A stretch of DNA of 64,000 nucleotides, taken from positions 1 to 64,000 of the forward strand of contig QPGO01000294.1 in NCBI GenBank assembly GCA_008632985.1, in the 5' to 3' direction. Numbering within the stretch: the stretch's first letter is position 1; each line of letters begins with the position of its first letter. A program made the translations under genes and the position numbers. The stretch comes from Psammoneis japonica (lineage: Eukaryota). The notes beneath the pieces are model-generated. The model did no database searches and had not been told where the DNA came from. It worked only from the letters and a program-made list of their open reading frames with translations. Shown piece by piece: positions 38,276 through 52,900 of the stretch.

Positions 38276-41200
38276 TCGTGAACATTTGCTGGTTGGTGAT
38301 CAAATGCTCTGGTTTGGAACCGACACGGAACACTCACTTTTGAATCCCAGCCAACTCCGTGCGCACAACATGCCCGCACACGACAACCCTCACAACACTC
38401 GAAACGGATTTGGCATTGAAGCTGAAGAAGCTTTCATCCCTTTCAATGCCACGGGGACAATTGTGTCTTTCAAGTCTCGCGCTCTGATGGATTGGGAAGT
38501 GCAGAACTCACCGGTCATGCTGTTGACAGGTGACGCATGGGATCCAGCACAGACAGACATGGGCTTGCCGGAGTGCACTAGAGCACAGGCGGAGATGCGT
38601 GCTGTTCGATCATCAAACTCTGGCATGCGACAAGAACAGGTCTTGGAATTGAGGAGCGAGAAGGCGAAGTCCCAAGCAGCACGCTGGGGCAAGGTCGAAA
38701 TGCAACTGTCGTCAATGTCCCCCATCTGTCAACTTCAATTGTTTTGTGACAGACTTGTCGGCTCAGTTGACATGGCTTGCACATGTCACGATGACGTGGA
38801 CAAGAGGCAGATGGCAGTCAAAGATTTACACAGCAAGGATCGACACTCAAAAGTTGACGCTGAAGAGTTGGCTCGGAAATGGAGTGTTGGCTTAGAAACG
38901 GCAAAAGACACTCTCAACGTAACTGCTCAGCGTGGTGCACGAACGGCGACCCAGCCGATGTCACGAAGAGTGAGGGTGGATCATCTTGACTTGCATCGGA
39001 AGTGTCTGAAAGGAACATGGTTTGTGGATGCTTTGACATCCAAGGTGAAGTCCTCACTCGGTGACACGTGTGCCAATGTTTGCACTCAGGGCAAATTCGT
39101 GAAGGTTGTGCCAATGACCGCCAGGTCGGAGGCAGGTTTGTCTCTTGTTGAATTTACAGACGACGTGGGTGCACCAGAACATCTCATGTCGGATGGGGCA
39201 GGAGAGTTCACCGGAAGAAGCACCGAGTTTGTGAGACACGCACGACGCATGAGGATGCAATTAAGAACATCAGAACAGGGCCAAAAGAATCAGAATCAGG
39301 CAGCGGAGCGCGAAATTGGTTTCTCAGCCAAGTGTTGGCGGCTGCGGATGACAAAGAAGAAGGTGCCAAAGCGATCATGGGACTTCGGTCTTGTTTGTGA
39401 GTCGGAACTAGTGTTGCGCATGGCAAGAGGCAGAGACAAGAGGTCTGGACATGAAGAGGTCACTGGACAGACACCGGAAACAGACGAGTGTTTGGACTTT
39501 GGTTTCTGCGACATGGTGCGGTGGTGGGACAGGCCCAACAAGCCAAATGCAACAGACGATCCTCGAAGGCTTGGACGGTGGCTTGGCATCTCTCACAAAG
39601 TTGGCTTGGACATGTGCCATTGGATCATTGCGGAAAGCGGGAAGATTGTCTCCAAAACATCTGTTGAGCATGTGACACAGGGTGACATGGTGCAACCGGA
39701 CATTCACGTCAAGGTCGACAACTTTAATGAGCAGCTGGAGAAGTGATTGGACGATGCCAACTTTGTCTCAAAGGGTGATGAAGCAGCACCCGCATTCGTG
39801 TTGGACGATCTTGCAATTGACGGCAACTCTGGTGTGGAATGTGAGGGCGGTGTCATGCCAGAGGACAAGGAACATGGCGACATGCCATTGCCCGACGAGC
39901 AACCAGACAACGATGACGAGCAGGCAATCGATCAACACCTGGGAATGGAACTCATGTTTGACATCGGAGCCGACGGCGAGCGATGTGGTGTTGCAACGAA
40001 ACATGCAAGAGGACAGGATGGGCGTCCAGTTGGGACTCGGCATCAAAACCCATTGTTTGACACTCACGAGTGCGAAGTGGAATGTGCCAACGGAACCACA
40101 GATGAGCACACAGCCAATGTCATTGCCGAGAACATGTTTGCTCAGGTCGACAGCGAAGGCAACCAGTGTTCCATCTTGCACGAGATGCTTGGTCGGATGG
40201 AAGGATGGCAGCTCATCTTGGGTCAAACTCAAAGATCTGAAGGACTCTAACCCCATTGAAGTTGCTGAGCATGCTGTTGCGAACAGGTTGACGGAGGAAC
40301 CTGCTTTTGCTTGGTGGGTCACACATGTCCTGCGCAAACGGAATCGCACCATGTCCAAGGTTAAGAAGAAGCACTGGTGCATGACTCACAAGTTTGGGGT
40401 CCCATTGCCCAAGTCAACAGAGGACGCTCTGCAGACAGACCAGGAAACGGGGACAGATCATTGGGCTCATGCAATCAACAAGGAGATGGCAAAGGCAAAG
40501 GTGGCATGGCACGAGCACAAGGCTGAAACCCCTCAAGTCGTCCGGGAAGGCAAGAGTGCAACTTTGCGTGGTTGTCAGGAGATCAGGTGCCACATGGCAT
40601 TCGATGTTAAAATGGATTTCACCAGAAAGGCAAGGTTTGTAGCTGGCGGACACATGACAGAGGCTCCGGCATCGATCACTTGTTCTAGCGTGGTTTCCAG
40701 AGACAGTGTGCAACTTGGATTCTTGTTGGCAGCTTTGAATGGGATCGACACCACAGTGATTGATCTGGAGAATGCTTGTCTCAATGCACCGTGCGCAGAG
40801 AAGATGTGGTTTGAAGGCGGAAAGGAATGCAGCGAGTGTGAAGGAAAGGTGCTTGTCATCACTTGGGTGTTGTGTGGCTTAAAGAGCTCGGGACACTCGT
40901 GGAGGTCTGCACTGTCATCGGTCTTACATGACTTGGGCTTCGAATTGACGAGAGTGGATCCGGATGTCCACTTGCGTGCGGCGACTCGTGAGGACGGGCA
41001 TGAGCATTGTGAAATGCTTTTGGTTCATGTCGATGACACACTGATCATTTCCCATCAGGGGAAGTCCATTGTTGCTGCAACAGGTGAACACTGTGCCGTG
41101 AAGCCCGGCAGTGAAGGAGAACCAGAAGTTTGTCTTGGGGCTAACATTGAGAGGGTTCAGACTCAGGATGGGCACACGATTTGGGCAAGTTCACCGAGAT

Positions 41201-44200
41201 CACATGCTAAATTGGCGATTAAGACTGTGGAAGGCCTGTTGGATGAAGACGGCAATGGAGAGGTTCTGAAGAACAGCGCAAAGGATCCACCACCCCCAAA
41301 ATGCAAACCAGAACTGGACGTGACGGACGAGTTAGGCCCCGACTTGGTGGACAGGTGTTTGCAGCTGACAGGGATTTGTCGTTGGGCGATCAAGTTGGGT
41401 CGCATCGACATCTCACATGAGGTCTCAATCTCATCTCAATGTCAAGCCAACCCAAGGAAAGGACACCTTGAGGCATTGTGTCATGTGTTTGCGCACATGA
41501 AGAAGCACCAGAACGTTGGACGCATCGGATTTGATCCAAAGGAACCGGTGATTGATGAATCTATTTTTAATTTGAACGCAGACTGGACTGAGTTTTACGG
41601 GGACATCGAGGAGGAACTGCCACCATGGGCGCCAAAACCCCGTGGCAACCCGGCGAACATCTGCGCATTTGTTGACGCTAACCATGCAGGGAATGTTGTC
41701 ACTCGCAGGTCGCATGGTGGAATTCTGACATTCGTCAACAACGCGCCAGTGGTGTGGTTCAGCAAACGTCAGAATGCGGCAGAATTGGCAACGTTTGGGA
41801 GTGAGTTGGTTGCAATGCGGATTTGCAAGGAATTGATTGTTGCTTTGCATTGCAAGCTTCGTGTGTTTGGGGTTCCCCTTGCTTCTTCGAATCAGGACTG
41901 AAGAGAAAGTCTGCGCAGAACTGTTGCTGCTTGAGGTCGTCAGATTCAAGCTGACCTGCATGAAAGGACAAAAGAAGGGTGTCTTTGAGGTTGCGGACCA
42001 TGGCGGATGGGTGGTGAGAGATGACATTTAAGAAATGTTCAGTTGCCTCCCTCAGCATGAGATCAATCTCACTCCATGTGGGGGGGGGCATGGCATTTGG
42101 ACAATCCAAACATGCCGGTTTGTGCCGTTGAGAAATGTTCGCGTTGTGGTGCAAAAATGCTCGGGACGAAGAGATTTGGTCTGAAAATGAAGACAGTGGC
42201 AAGCGAAATTGACTTGCGCGAATCTCACGAACAAGACTTGCCGCTGTGTCAGTCATCGTCGCAGTGCTGTTTTCTTTGGTGGGGAATTTCAGCTGCTGCC
42301 TCCCGCAACACCTGCATCATTGCCTCCGTTTTCCCGTCTGTGTCCGATGCACATGTTGGGCCACAAGGAAAACCCATTGAAAATGTCTTTGAGAGCAGTT
42401 TTTCTACAAGGCAATGGAACTCAAGTGACTCAATCACACCCATGCATCCAAAGTGAACAACACAACATTGCGGAATTCAATGAAGGCAAGGAAGATGTGA
42501 AGGAGTCGCTTCAAGATGCTGTTGCAAACACCAAGCAAGTCAAGAATGGAAGCAGTTTCAAAAGTTGGGAAAGCTTGAAGATGCGCTTCGCATTGGCACA
42601 AACCGACTTGTTGCCACAGTGCTGTTCCACTGGACCTTTCCACCTCCTTGGCAACAGCGCGCGATTTCTTTGTCATGTGTGACACTCTCTGCTGCAGCTG
42701 CTGGAGCTGGCTCTAGCTGCCAGAGCAGAGGACAGAGCTGCAACACTGCTTCCAACACTGTCTGCTCTAGAGAGATTGCCTTCAAGAGATTCGCATTCTC
42801 AGCCCCAAAATGAAATGATCTCATTGGGCAAACGACGTCCATGCAGCTCTCAAACTGACATCATCGCTGATGCATTTGCTTGAAGCACATGAACAAATGT
42901 GGAAGATTGATGGCCAAAGCCAAACACACAACAGTGGACAGGCATTGCATGTGGAGAGGCAACAACGGTCGCACCTTCGTAGTGTTTTGGAACCTGGTGT
43001 GTCGGATGGACTCTGTTGGGACTGACGCAGGTTCTTGTGGCAAACTTGAGCATTGCCACGAATGCAAACCGATCACGCTACAGACGAGGAATGTGCAGGA
43101 GGCAAACTGCACTCATTGTCCTCTCTTGCTTTGGCATCGAAAGCTGTTCTCGACATTGGAAATCTTGGTTTCTCTGTCACTTGAAGGGCACACAAGGTCA
43201 GAATGCGAGCGCTTGAAACTGACAAAAGCAAATGCCATGTCTTGGAGAGCACACTCGGATCGACTGTGTGAAACACAAAACCACTGTTGCATGAATCTCG
43301 ACGGCTCTTGAGGGGCTGTTTCAGCTGCCAGAATGACTGTCAAGGCTTAGAGAGTTGCCTCGTCTGCAGGAGCACCGCGAGAGAGATGTTTCTAACGGGG
43401 AACACGTCAAGCGCAACAACCGACAACAGTCAGAGACGCCTGCATCATAAAAACTTCGTCTCATGTTTGGATTTGATGAAAATTGGATGTCCGCATCATG
43501 TTCCGAGCAACTCGAATGAGAGAGGCTTGGAGGATTCAAGAAAAAATGCTTGTCGACCCGACTCGACACTTTGACATGTTGCAAACGACATGGGATGACC
43601 ACAATGGTGAGCCTTGAGAATGCCGCAGTCCTGTCATCATCGCCAGCAATCGTAGATGGGACTGTAAATGACACGCAGATTCCCCTTGTTGCACTTCTTC
43701 ATTCACATTCGTCTGTCAAAAAACAGAAATCAAAATCTGAAAAAGAGTGTGAGTCATAAAGCACAACTCAGCGAGACGGTCACAATCGCAAACGCAACAA
43801 AACAGATCTTCAAACGCTGTGGGACGTGGAGAATGCAGCTGATGCAATGGGCCGGCGAGCCACAGGAGTGTCAAGCCTGTGGGGGTTCAGATGTGAGATG
43901 CTCAATGAGCAACTCAAGCTGTCTGAACCACCTTACAACCTTCATGAAAAAGGCTGCCCTTCGGGGCATCAAGCACACCATCTTGGTCCACGACGTCGAC
44001 AGGTGTTCAGCGTGCATTCAAAGAAAGAAAGCAGAGGCTGGCCCTCCTCTGATGGAGCCAATGCATCGCAGTGCACTCAAAAGCACACTGGCTGGCTCTC
44101 ACCACTGCCGCATTGGACGTTTACAAGCATTCAGCACACACGCAAGAAGTGAGTTTGCTGGCAATCGTGGTGCATCTCCGTCGGAACCACGGACTGCTTT

Positions 44201-44703
44201 GACAGGCAATCGTCATTTCGCCTCGAACCGACTTCCAAAGATGCACGCAATCAAACGCACAGAGGAAAACCATCGAGGACCCAAGCCTTCAGGTCTGCAT
44301 GGCAATTGTGTGCGGATGACATTCAATGACTTGACTCCAGCAGATCTAATTCGCAACGAGAATGAGACGATCGACTCACCGTCGGCAGAGAACTGACGCA
44401 ATCATGACAATCAAGAGAGCAATGTGTTTCAAAAGGTCGAATGGCGTTTGTTGTGTGCTCCGTGCAACAATGAGCAAAGTGATTCGGATTTCACTTGTCC
44501 CAAGCCTTGACGCTTGACGTTTCGAATTTTTTTGAAATTGTGGCGGGAAAACCAACGGCTTCTTTTGCTGTCACATTTTGTGTGAAACTCATGCGAGCGC
44601 CGATGACGTCTGCCAAACGGAGAATCTTTCGAGCTCCGAACTCCAAGATTTCCTTCCATCTGCCACATCCGCAGCACATGCCACATCAAGCATCACATTC
44701 ATT

Positions 44704-44732
44704 TTGTTGTTGCAGTTGTTGTTGCTGTTGCT

Positions 44733-44779
<47 letters not shown>

Positions 44780-44792
44780 AGTTGCAGTTGCA
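44704..44792. repeat. (CTG/TTG)n microsatellite, paralog
   Basis: Directly visible. Confidence 0.95.
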
Positions 44793-44924
44793 TTCGTCCT
44801 TGTCTGTTTTCAACAATGTTGTGCCCAACACTCAACAGCATGACAACTGGAGCCCCCAAAGACAGTGGGCTGTCTCCAACAAAAGAAAAGGAGGAGGAAA
44901 ATGATTCGCGAAGGCTTCCCCGCA

Positions 44925-45750
44925 TTGCTTCGTGCTGACGGCATGTGGTTTAGGTCCTCTGATTGAGGGTGCTGTTGGCAGCTGGTTGTCATTCGACCTC
45001 AGTTTGAGAATGCCGCAGTTTTGAACTACAAGGATGATTGGGATTGGCAACACGGACAAGACCTGCAAGGCATTCTCGGAGCTTGCAGAGTTGCCGCTCG
45101 GCATGCTGCGGGTTGGCCCCGACGCATGGAGCCAGGCATTCACGCCGGACCAGGATGGCATTTCGAATGATCTCCTTTCCTTGTGCTGTCGACTCTGCCC
45201 GCAGTGTCCCAAACGACAAAAATCTCACTCGCCTCGCCGCAGAAGCGTTGCTGCATTGTCTTGCCTTGTGCGCAGAGATTGGTGCTCCTGGGACGCTTCC
45301 AGAAATTCTGCGGGGGCATTTTCAAGTCAAGAGCGCACCGGACCGCTTTGCCCAGAAGGACCTTGTAACTGTGGGTTTCATCAAAATTGGACGCTTGAGC
45401 CATTCGCAGTGGTGGGCGGATGAACGAGGATGCCAGAGGCCAGTCGAGCTTCCTGCTGTTCTGCTGAAAAACATGGTTGAGGTGCTGACCAAGTGGGGTG
45501 CCTGTGTGAGCAACCCCACAGTCATTGATCAACGTGGTGAAAGCTTTCTCTTTGATGGATCTGATGAAACCCTTTGCGAGTGCCGTCACCGAAACGTGTT
45601 GACCTGTTCCGAAACAATGTCTTGACCACTGACGTTTCTAGCACCCTTTGTTGGTGAAGAAACAGCGCTGAACCCACTCTGGTTGCTTGTGACCAAGGTG
45701 CAAAAAAGAACAAGCGAGGCCGAGGAATGTCAGCAATGGCACGGCATTGC
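44925..45750 (+). pseudogene. AhpC/TSA-like pseudogene, copy 2
   Basis: Paralog of 8700-9520 with an extra stop at 45623-45625. Confidence 0.7.
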
Positions 45751-46354
45751 ACAAGCGTGGGTTAAAGTGAGCACGTCGTTTTGCCAAATTTAGAATCTTA
45801 CGATCTCTGAACGCCAAGATTTCCTTCCCTCCGACACCACCACGCTTCACTGACAGAGCCTGTGACACTTCACATGCATGCCACATGATGCTGCCACATG
45901 CAACATCATGCTCAACAGCAACAACAACAGGAACAAACAACGCAACAACGATGTCGTCGCTTCCAAGAGCAGAAGAAGCAATGCGGTGCATTCGTGCGAC
46001 AAACAAATGCCACCACACAAATGAAGAGATAAGTCGAGTGCTGATGCTGCAGACTGCACTCAGAAGTGGCAGCATTGACGATGAAGCCACCCTCGTTGAC
46101 CTGAAGTCTCGACTGGACTCGACTCCGCTTGCTCTCGTGGTGGCTGTGACATCCTTTGGTGGACCCAGATGCAAATCTCTCCTTGACGATTTGCCTTTGC
46201 TCAAAAAGACTGCACCAGTGGTTCTGCTTGCTGTGGTTCTGCCCCGTCAAACCCCAAATTTTGATTTTACACACCGATCGAATTGGGCTTGAACGAGACA
46301 CCGTGTCTGTGGCAAGCATTTGCACCAATCTTCAAGAGATCAGCAGCAGTGATG

Positions 46355-47015
46355 GAGGGGGCTGCTGTCCCTTTTACCACCAGCAATGCCAAGAATCCTT
46401 CCGTGTGCTGTCCTGACGGTTCATTGGATCCCAATTCCTCTCCCACCAACCCCTTGGATGTGCTGCGATTGGTGCAACAATGGGCCACACGCTGAAACAA
46501 ATCACCAAGGCGTTGACGGATTCCAATTTGGGTCTGGGTTGCGGCTTGCGGCAATGCCACGAGCTTTGCCAGCCCACTTGAGAATGAGACAGTTCTCCAT
46601 TTGTGAAGTGGTGCTGGAGTCCATTGCTTTTTGGCTGCCGACGTTGTGGGACCGTCCTGCACTTTCATTGAAGTGTCGACATGAAACCCTGCATGTTTTA
46701 CAAGGCACGAACTCACGCCAACAAGAAGAAGACGACCAATGTCGAACTCCGTTTGGGAGCGATGGAACACCTTCCCGCAGCCGACGGACCGGTGGATTGT
46801 GCTGTGAGCAATTGCGTCATCGATCTCAATCCTGACAAGCCACAGGTGTCTCGAGAAATGCACCGCATTCTCAAACGGGGTGGTCGCATTGCCGTGTCGG
46901 ACGTCGTGATTTGCCCTGAAAAGATCACACCCGACACCCCATTTTGCTTCAAGACGGCCGAAGCGATGACATGCATTCTCCCCGCAACTTGCACGGACGA
47001 AGCCTTTCGATCCAT
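46355..47015 (+). pseudogene. ArsM/AS3MT-like pseudogene, copy 2
   Basis: NVELRLGAMEHLP...SNCVI.L.PDK...GGRIAVSDVV; paralog of 10130-10790. Confidence 0.85.
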
Positions 47016-47084
47016 GTGGGCAGAGTTTGAATGGGAAATGAGGTGACCATTCCAACGTTGGTTCCCAACACTCGGCAGCTCGTG

Positions 47085-47785
47085 ATGACGATGATGCCAA
47101 CATCACTTCTTGTTGAACCATTCGCGTGCGCAAGAGATCTGCGGCTGTGTGCCTTGAAAGCCAGAGGTTACCTCAACGACACCACCATCGGTGAATTTTT
47201 CCTTTTGCTGTCCCTGTGGGCAAAGAAGCACCATTTGGAGCTTCCCAAGCAATGCCACTTTGTCAGCTCATGCTTTTTGCCAACACTTGTGCAGGATGGG
47301 CGCGTCAAGAATGGCAACGTTTGTCGTCAACTGAAGAAGTTGCCGGGCAAGGGGGTGTTCGAATGCGACCGCCTGTTGGTGCCAATCAACAAGAGCAATG
47401 TCCACTGGGCTCTGTTGGTTGTCGATTTCGAAGCTCACGTAATCGCAGGGTGTGATTCATCGGAAATCTATGAAAGTCGTGCGCCAAGAAGCTGTTGGAG
47501 TTCGTCGAGCAGGAACATCGTTTCCAATGCAACAACGAGAGCCTTCCATCCGACTGGTCCATTGTCGAGAGTTGTCACATCCCCAAGCAGGCTAACGGAT
47601 TTGATTGCGGTGTGTTCTTCAGCATGTGTGCCTGCTGTTTGTCCTTGGGATGCGATGTCCTGAAGGACACTTTGACCAGGACAAGATTCTGGGTCCATCC
47701 GGGGACTTCGGCCGTGCCAAGATTTGTTCTGCCATCCTTCAGGGGCAGGTGGAGCAAAGGGTTTTTATGCAGTCCATGCAATGCA
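47085..47785 (+). pseudogene. Ulp1/C48 peptidase pseudogene, copy 2
   Basis: HWALL and QANGFDCGVF; additional frameshift. Confidence 0.88.
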
Positions 47786-49737
47786 GCAGAATTTTCCTTG
47801 GTCATGCGCATCTTGTGATCAAATTTTCTTTTGCGTGCGCAGATTGATGGCATGAGAAAACAGACCAGGCGATGAACACACCAACAAAGTGCCCATCTTG
47901 AAATGGATCTGCTTCTTGCTGGAGCCAGTCACCATGAGGCGACGAGCTGCTTGACAAGAAAGTGCTCCATCTCTTTTCGGATTCAAGCTGCGCTTTCATC
48001 CTGCCTCCAAGTGCTTGGCAAGCTGCAGCTGTGTTTGCTGCCACACCTCCCTGTTCAGTGTTTTCAATTAAAAGAAAAAAGAGAGGAGGGCCAGTTCGTG
48101 GCAGTGAATGCCAGCCAGCAGAGAGAGGCACTGCTCTGCCAATCCGGAACTCGGCTCACCCGCATGTCATTTGCGACATGAGCACCTCCAATGAAGAACG
48201 GCAATCTGTGTCACCCGTCCAACTCACAGCGGCAACCACCAAGGAAGAGACTGGCGCAAGGCAAACAGGGATGACACCATGCTTGATTGCGCCATTGGGG
48301 GTGCTGGTCTTTGCAGTTGAGTTGTGGCGTCTCGATTTTCTCGGGCGGGACACAGGGCGTTCCTCTTGGATGCAGGTGCTGATTCCAGATTGCGGTTGCA
48401 GCATGACGCGAGTCTCAGTTGTTTGGCCCATGTCAACGGAAGATGTTGAGATTCAGCGGCACTTTGCTTTTTCCAATTCCAACGCAGTCCTGCACCCTCT
48501 AGCGACCGCTGTTGGAGGGCACACTTGTTGCTGCGGGTGGCAACAACAGGTTGGCCGAGTGTGGTCAATCGTTGACAGGAATCTCCATGGGATGGCATCG
48601 CCAGCAACTGGGACACTTGCGCCAATGGCACCTGCAGCATGTGTGGATGCAAACTCTGGTGGATGCAAACGACTCGTTGGAAATCATTTTGGCTCTTGGG
48701 AAACAAAGCCGCACATCTTGCATTTGTGGCATCTCGTTGCCATCTGCGCTCAAGTCGTGTCGATCGTCACGGTCGTCACGTTAGTGCGGGTGTTCTTTCT
48801 GCCAACACGGCATCATTGCGTCGCTTCTTGGACCGCACAGTGCCGCAGGACATTCGATCAGAACATCCAACGACGACACCATGCAATGCGCATCAACACA
48901 CGAAATGTCGTTGTTGCTGCAAGCGAAGTGGAAATCATTCAGCATCTGGCACAACTTGCCGACTGCAGTGTGCTTGCCGATCATTCTTCTTTCTTCTGTG
49001 TTGTCAATTTGAAGTTGTCAGCAGATGCGATCTTTTCTTCGATTTTTGCTCGCAACAAAAATGACACGGGATTTTGCCGTGTAAAAAGAGCAAACAATGG
49101 ATGCCAGACAGACGATCCTCGAATTTTGCTCGCAGCAAAACTCACACGGGCTTTTGCCGTGTAAAAAAAGCAAACAATGGATGCACAGACAGACGATCCT
49201 CAAATTTTGCTCACCAGCCACTGCGTGAAAGAGGGGCCCATGAAGCCGCAGGCCTGGTGCATTGTCTGCTCTTCGCTGGCTACGAGTTGCACATGCTGCG
49301 AGTTGTGCAGAAGAACTGCTCATCACCAATTGCAAAAACAGATCATCGCCATCATGGAACCACTTCATCAACACCATGAAAGAAAAACAATGACGATGTT
49401 CATTCTCAAAGGCATGCTTTGGGAATGCCATCAGCACACACGTCGCAATGAACAACAGAAAAGAAAGCGCAGCAAGTCAGCAATGCAGTCAGCCAGCATG
49501 CATCGGAACGAACGACAGAAAAAACAATGCAGAGGTGGAGAGCACATTGATTGGTTGTTGCTTGCGACGCATCACGACATTCCACTGCTGCGCAGAACCC
49601 AACATTTGCCCTGCTCTTTTTCTGCCGATTCGGTCATCTTCCGGGAAGACAGATGCCAGGATTTTGCCGGTGCCCTGATTTCCATCGCAAGGAAGTGCAG
49701 CGGTGCCTGGGACTTCTTGATGACTGCATCATCAGAN

Positions 49738-49950
49738 TGCGATTCGTTTGTCGCAATGAAAAACATTGATGGCACGACAACAATGATTTTGCAACACTCA
49801 CACGAGTCTTGTCAGTGTTGCAAAACATTAGAATTTGAGCAAATCTGTGCTTTTGGTGGTGAAAAACCGTTCGCAAGTCAGAGACCGCGCAAAAATCGCG
49901 CAAATGTCGTTTTTGTGCACGATTTGGGTCACGTGCGGCTGGAACACGTC
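49738..49950 (+). mobile_element. MITE family B right-hand fragment after a single-N scaffold join
   Basis: Matches ~36505-36719 and ends CTGGAACACGTC; N at 49737. Confidence 0.8.
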
Positions 49951-52900
49951 TTGGTCATCTTCCAGGAAGACAGATGCCAGGATTTTGCCGGTGCCCTGAT
50001 TTCCATCGCAAGGAAGTGCAGCGGTGTCGGGGACTTCTTGATGACTGCATCATCAGAATGATCATGTTTACTGTGCAGTCGAGTCAGTCTCTGGCAACCG
50101 TTGCCAATTGGAGCATTTGATCTAAACTGCGACACAACAGAGGAAACAATCAATTTTGTTTTGATCACTCTTTGGAAGCATTGCGGATGTCGCTTTTCCC
50201 ATGTTTTAAGACAGCGGTCGTTTCAAGGAGCACCGCGTGGTGTCTTGTTTCAATCCCCAAAGGCGGCAGCTCACTGGGTCGGCGGTTGAGTGTGCAAGCA
50301 GGAAATGTGTCCCCGGCAGTGGGAAGAGCAGTGGAGTCTGTCAAAGAGAGACAGCACAGCTTTAGAATCGTCCAACAAAACACCTCTGGCGGGTGAATTC
50401 AGCCAAAAGGTCATGAAAAGCTCCACCGGCATGCACTGCACGACAGCTCATGGTGTTAAAAAGGAAGCAACCAAGACGACCTTGACCTCTTGGAGAAGCC
50501 TGTTGGCTGCTCTGCTGCTGGTGCTGCAGGCCAGATGACTTTACAACACGAAACATGACAAAAGTCGTCACCTTGTGCGCGTTGCCATTTCCAGCCAATG
50601 AAATCCAAAGTGGCATCATTTGGAATGAAGAGTGGAGTCGAGTTGTTGTTGGCTTGATTCCAATTTGCACGCCCAACGGATGCACCGTAACTGATGCTTC
50701 AATTCTGCTAGAGTCAGTGTCATGCTGCTGCTGCTGGGAACCACCGCGATCCTAGAACAACACACATTCCAACACCGAGTGAGGTGATTGCACCCAATGG
50801 TTGTTGCGTGTTTTTGTTGCGCACTGCTGCAGCACACAACATGAAATTGGCAATGACAGCAGAATCTTTAATGGAGAACAACCAGATTTTTCTTTTGGCA
50901 ATTGCACGTCAAACTTTTTTGGCTGCTGCACTGTAGATCCCTGCTGCCGGCAGTCGGATGGAGACAGGCAGTTTGGCGACCAAACGGCATTTCATGCCAG
51001 TGGTGCACTGCACAACATCTGTTTGCCCTCATCCATTTTAAGCTGCAATTTCATCACCAACTAGATCAAGAACGTCACCGCACCACTGCCATTCCTTCAG
51101 TGAATTTGGACGTAAGACACAAGACGTGAGCATGTGCTGTTGCTGCAATTTGCTCTGGCTGTGCAGAGGGCATCGTGATCGTTCAAAAGGATGGCAGCGT
51201 GCCACACCATCAAAGTTACATTCACCATTGTTGAAACATTCAACAAACGATTTCACCTTGGCAAAGCTCCTCTGATGAGGTCTTGGGTGCCCAGGAAAAG
51301 ATGTGCTGCGAAAAGTGCTGACTCCAAAAAGCGACGTTGTGGATTTCATCGATTGGCACTGTGGTGAATGTGCGCAAAGCAATGTTGAAAAAGAGCATGC
51401 AGTGGCAATGGCCGTTCAGCAGGGCTGTGATGTCGCACTCATTCACTCACTCCAACATGGGACATGGTGAGCCATTGCAATGGAATCCTTGACACAGAAC
51501 ATGACCCTCTTTGTGAGAATGGTGAGGCGGAATTCTCGGCATCAGATCTTCCAAAACGATCCGTCAAGGCAAAGAAATGTGCACAACCTGTGATCTGTAC
51601 ATTGACTGTGGAGATGTGGTGACTGTTGGGGTGTGGCTGAATCCCCAGCTCTGGATCTTTCCCAATCACGGTGTTTGCTTCGAAGTGGAAGGGTGCTGTG
51701 ACGAAAGCAAAGAATTCGAACTTGACATTTGGTTGGAAGTGGAGCCTGAGCACCCAGGAAAGGATGCACTTGGATTGCCAGAAAAAAGTCTTTTTCTTCA
51801 GCAGCATCTCAAGGAATTTGAAGAAAAGAGGGATTCAGACCTCAAGGCTGGAGGATCTGTGCCAAAAATGAATGGGATGTTTTACAGTGCAGTTCTTCAA
51901 TGCAAAATCAGACACAACAGAAGCTGTGCTTGAGTGGTTGGAGGAATGCGACAACAAGCTGTAAGGTGTTTTAAAGCTCCGCCTCACTGCAACTTGTCTC
52001 TTGAGGAGATTCACAAGCGGAAGAAATTTCTGGATCCCTGTGGCATGGAAATGCTCAGACGAGATTGTTGAACGACTTGTGGGTGAACAGGTCGATGAGG
52101 TCAGAGGACTGTCTTTGCTGACAGCAGCATTGGAGCTGGCTTGGTGGCTTGTCATGCCCTGGATGAGGCAGGACTCATTTGCAAATGTCTTGACATCAAC
52201 AATGCAGTCAAGACAAAGAACAAGAAGATTGTGTGGTGTCAACTGGGGGATGCCACAAACGAAGAAAAACAAAGGCCTCATTTGTCAGTGCTTCACTTTG
52301 AGCATGCAGCTGGACCAAACCTTCAGACAGAATGCCATGAAATGATTCTGCTTTTGCCCCTTTACTTTGGAGAGGGAGGCACAACCAGCGATGCTGTCTT
52401 GGACGCCAGCACACAATGGCAGGCCATTGGGAGAGTGTTTGGACCCGGACAGAGCAGCCCGGTTGTCAATCTCTTCAGGATTGAAGTTCGTGGTCCCAAC
52501 GATGAAGAGTGCCTTGATGGTCAGCCAATTTGCCAAAACACTGACAAGGAGACAATCGTGATGGCAATCAATGCTGGGGATGAATGAAGATCATGTGGTG
52601 TTTGCTGCAATTGTTCTCAGTCAGTGTTGATCTGTTTGGCACTTGCTTGTTCCTCCTTCTGATGCTTCAGATGAAGTCCTTCCTCAAATCATTGTTGTCC
52701 AAGTTGACTCTGCCCAGCCTTGTTGCCTGGAACCACACACAAAGAGAACATCATTTGAGAAACATCCAGACTTGTTTGGTCTGCTGCAACTTAGAAATGA
52801 CTGGCTGCCTCAACACTGCATCTGTTGTGTGCAAAGTGTCAATCTTGACAACAAACTGGGTTTCACAGAAATGGTGCTGGGAGAAGAATGTGCCCAAAGC

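Larger units (their letters stand above)
5666..41880 (+). repeat. Large tandem/segmental repeat unit, copy 1 (with private insertions)
   Basis: 5666-13033 matches 41881-49254; 20820-22920 matches 49251-51263; 31347-41580 matches 51264-60850. Sequences are colinear and ORF translations are near-identical. Confidence 0.93.
34846..41880 (+). mobile_element. Ty1/copia (CoDi-type) element: 5' LTR, gag, PR, IN, RT, RNase H; 3'-truncated; two MITE insertions
   Basis: LTR 34846-35012; gag from 35375 with an RGG-rich tail to 37488. PR E[C]DTH.DTCCAG; IN WFVD, SDGAGE, QNQAAEREIG; RT [H]VDD; RNase H DANHAG. Cut at FGVPL (41880). Confidence 0.95.

Noticed and set aside
34846..41880. ADAR-like editing of retroelement RNA as the cause of A>G
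   Set aside because: Both A>G and T>C occur on the same strand, and DNA transposons, host genes and a TSD are hit after insertion.
39682..41901. 739-aa intact pol
   Set aside because: The N-terminus is off-frame sequence joined by a deletion at ~40190, the active site is HVDD and the 3' end is truncated.
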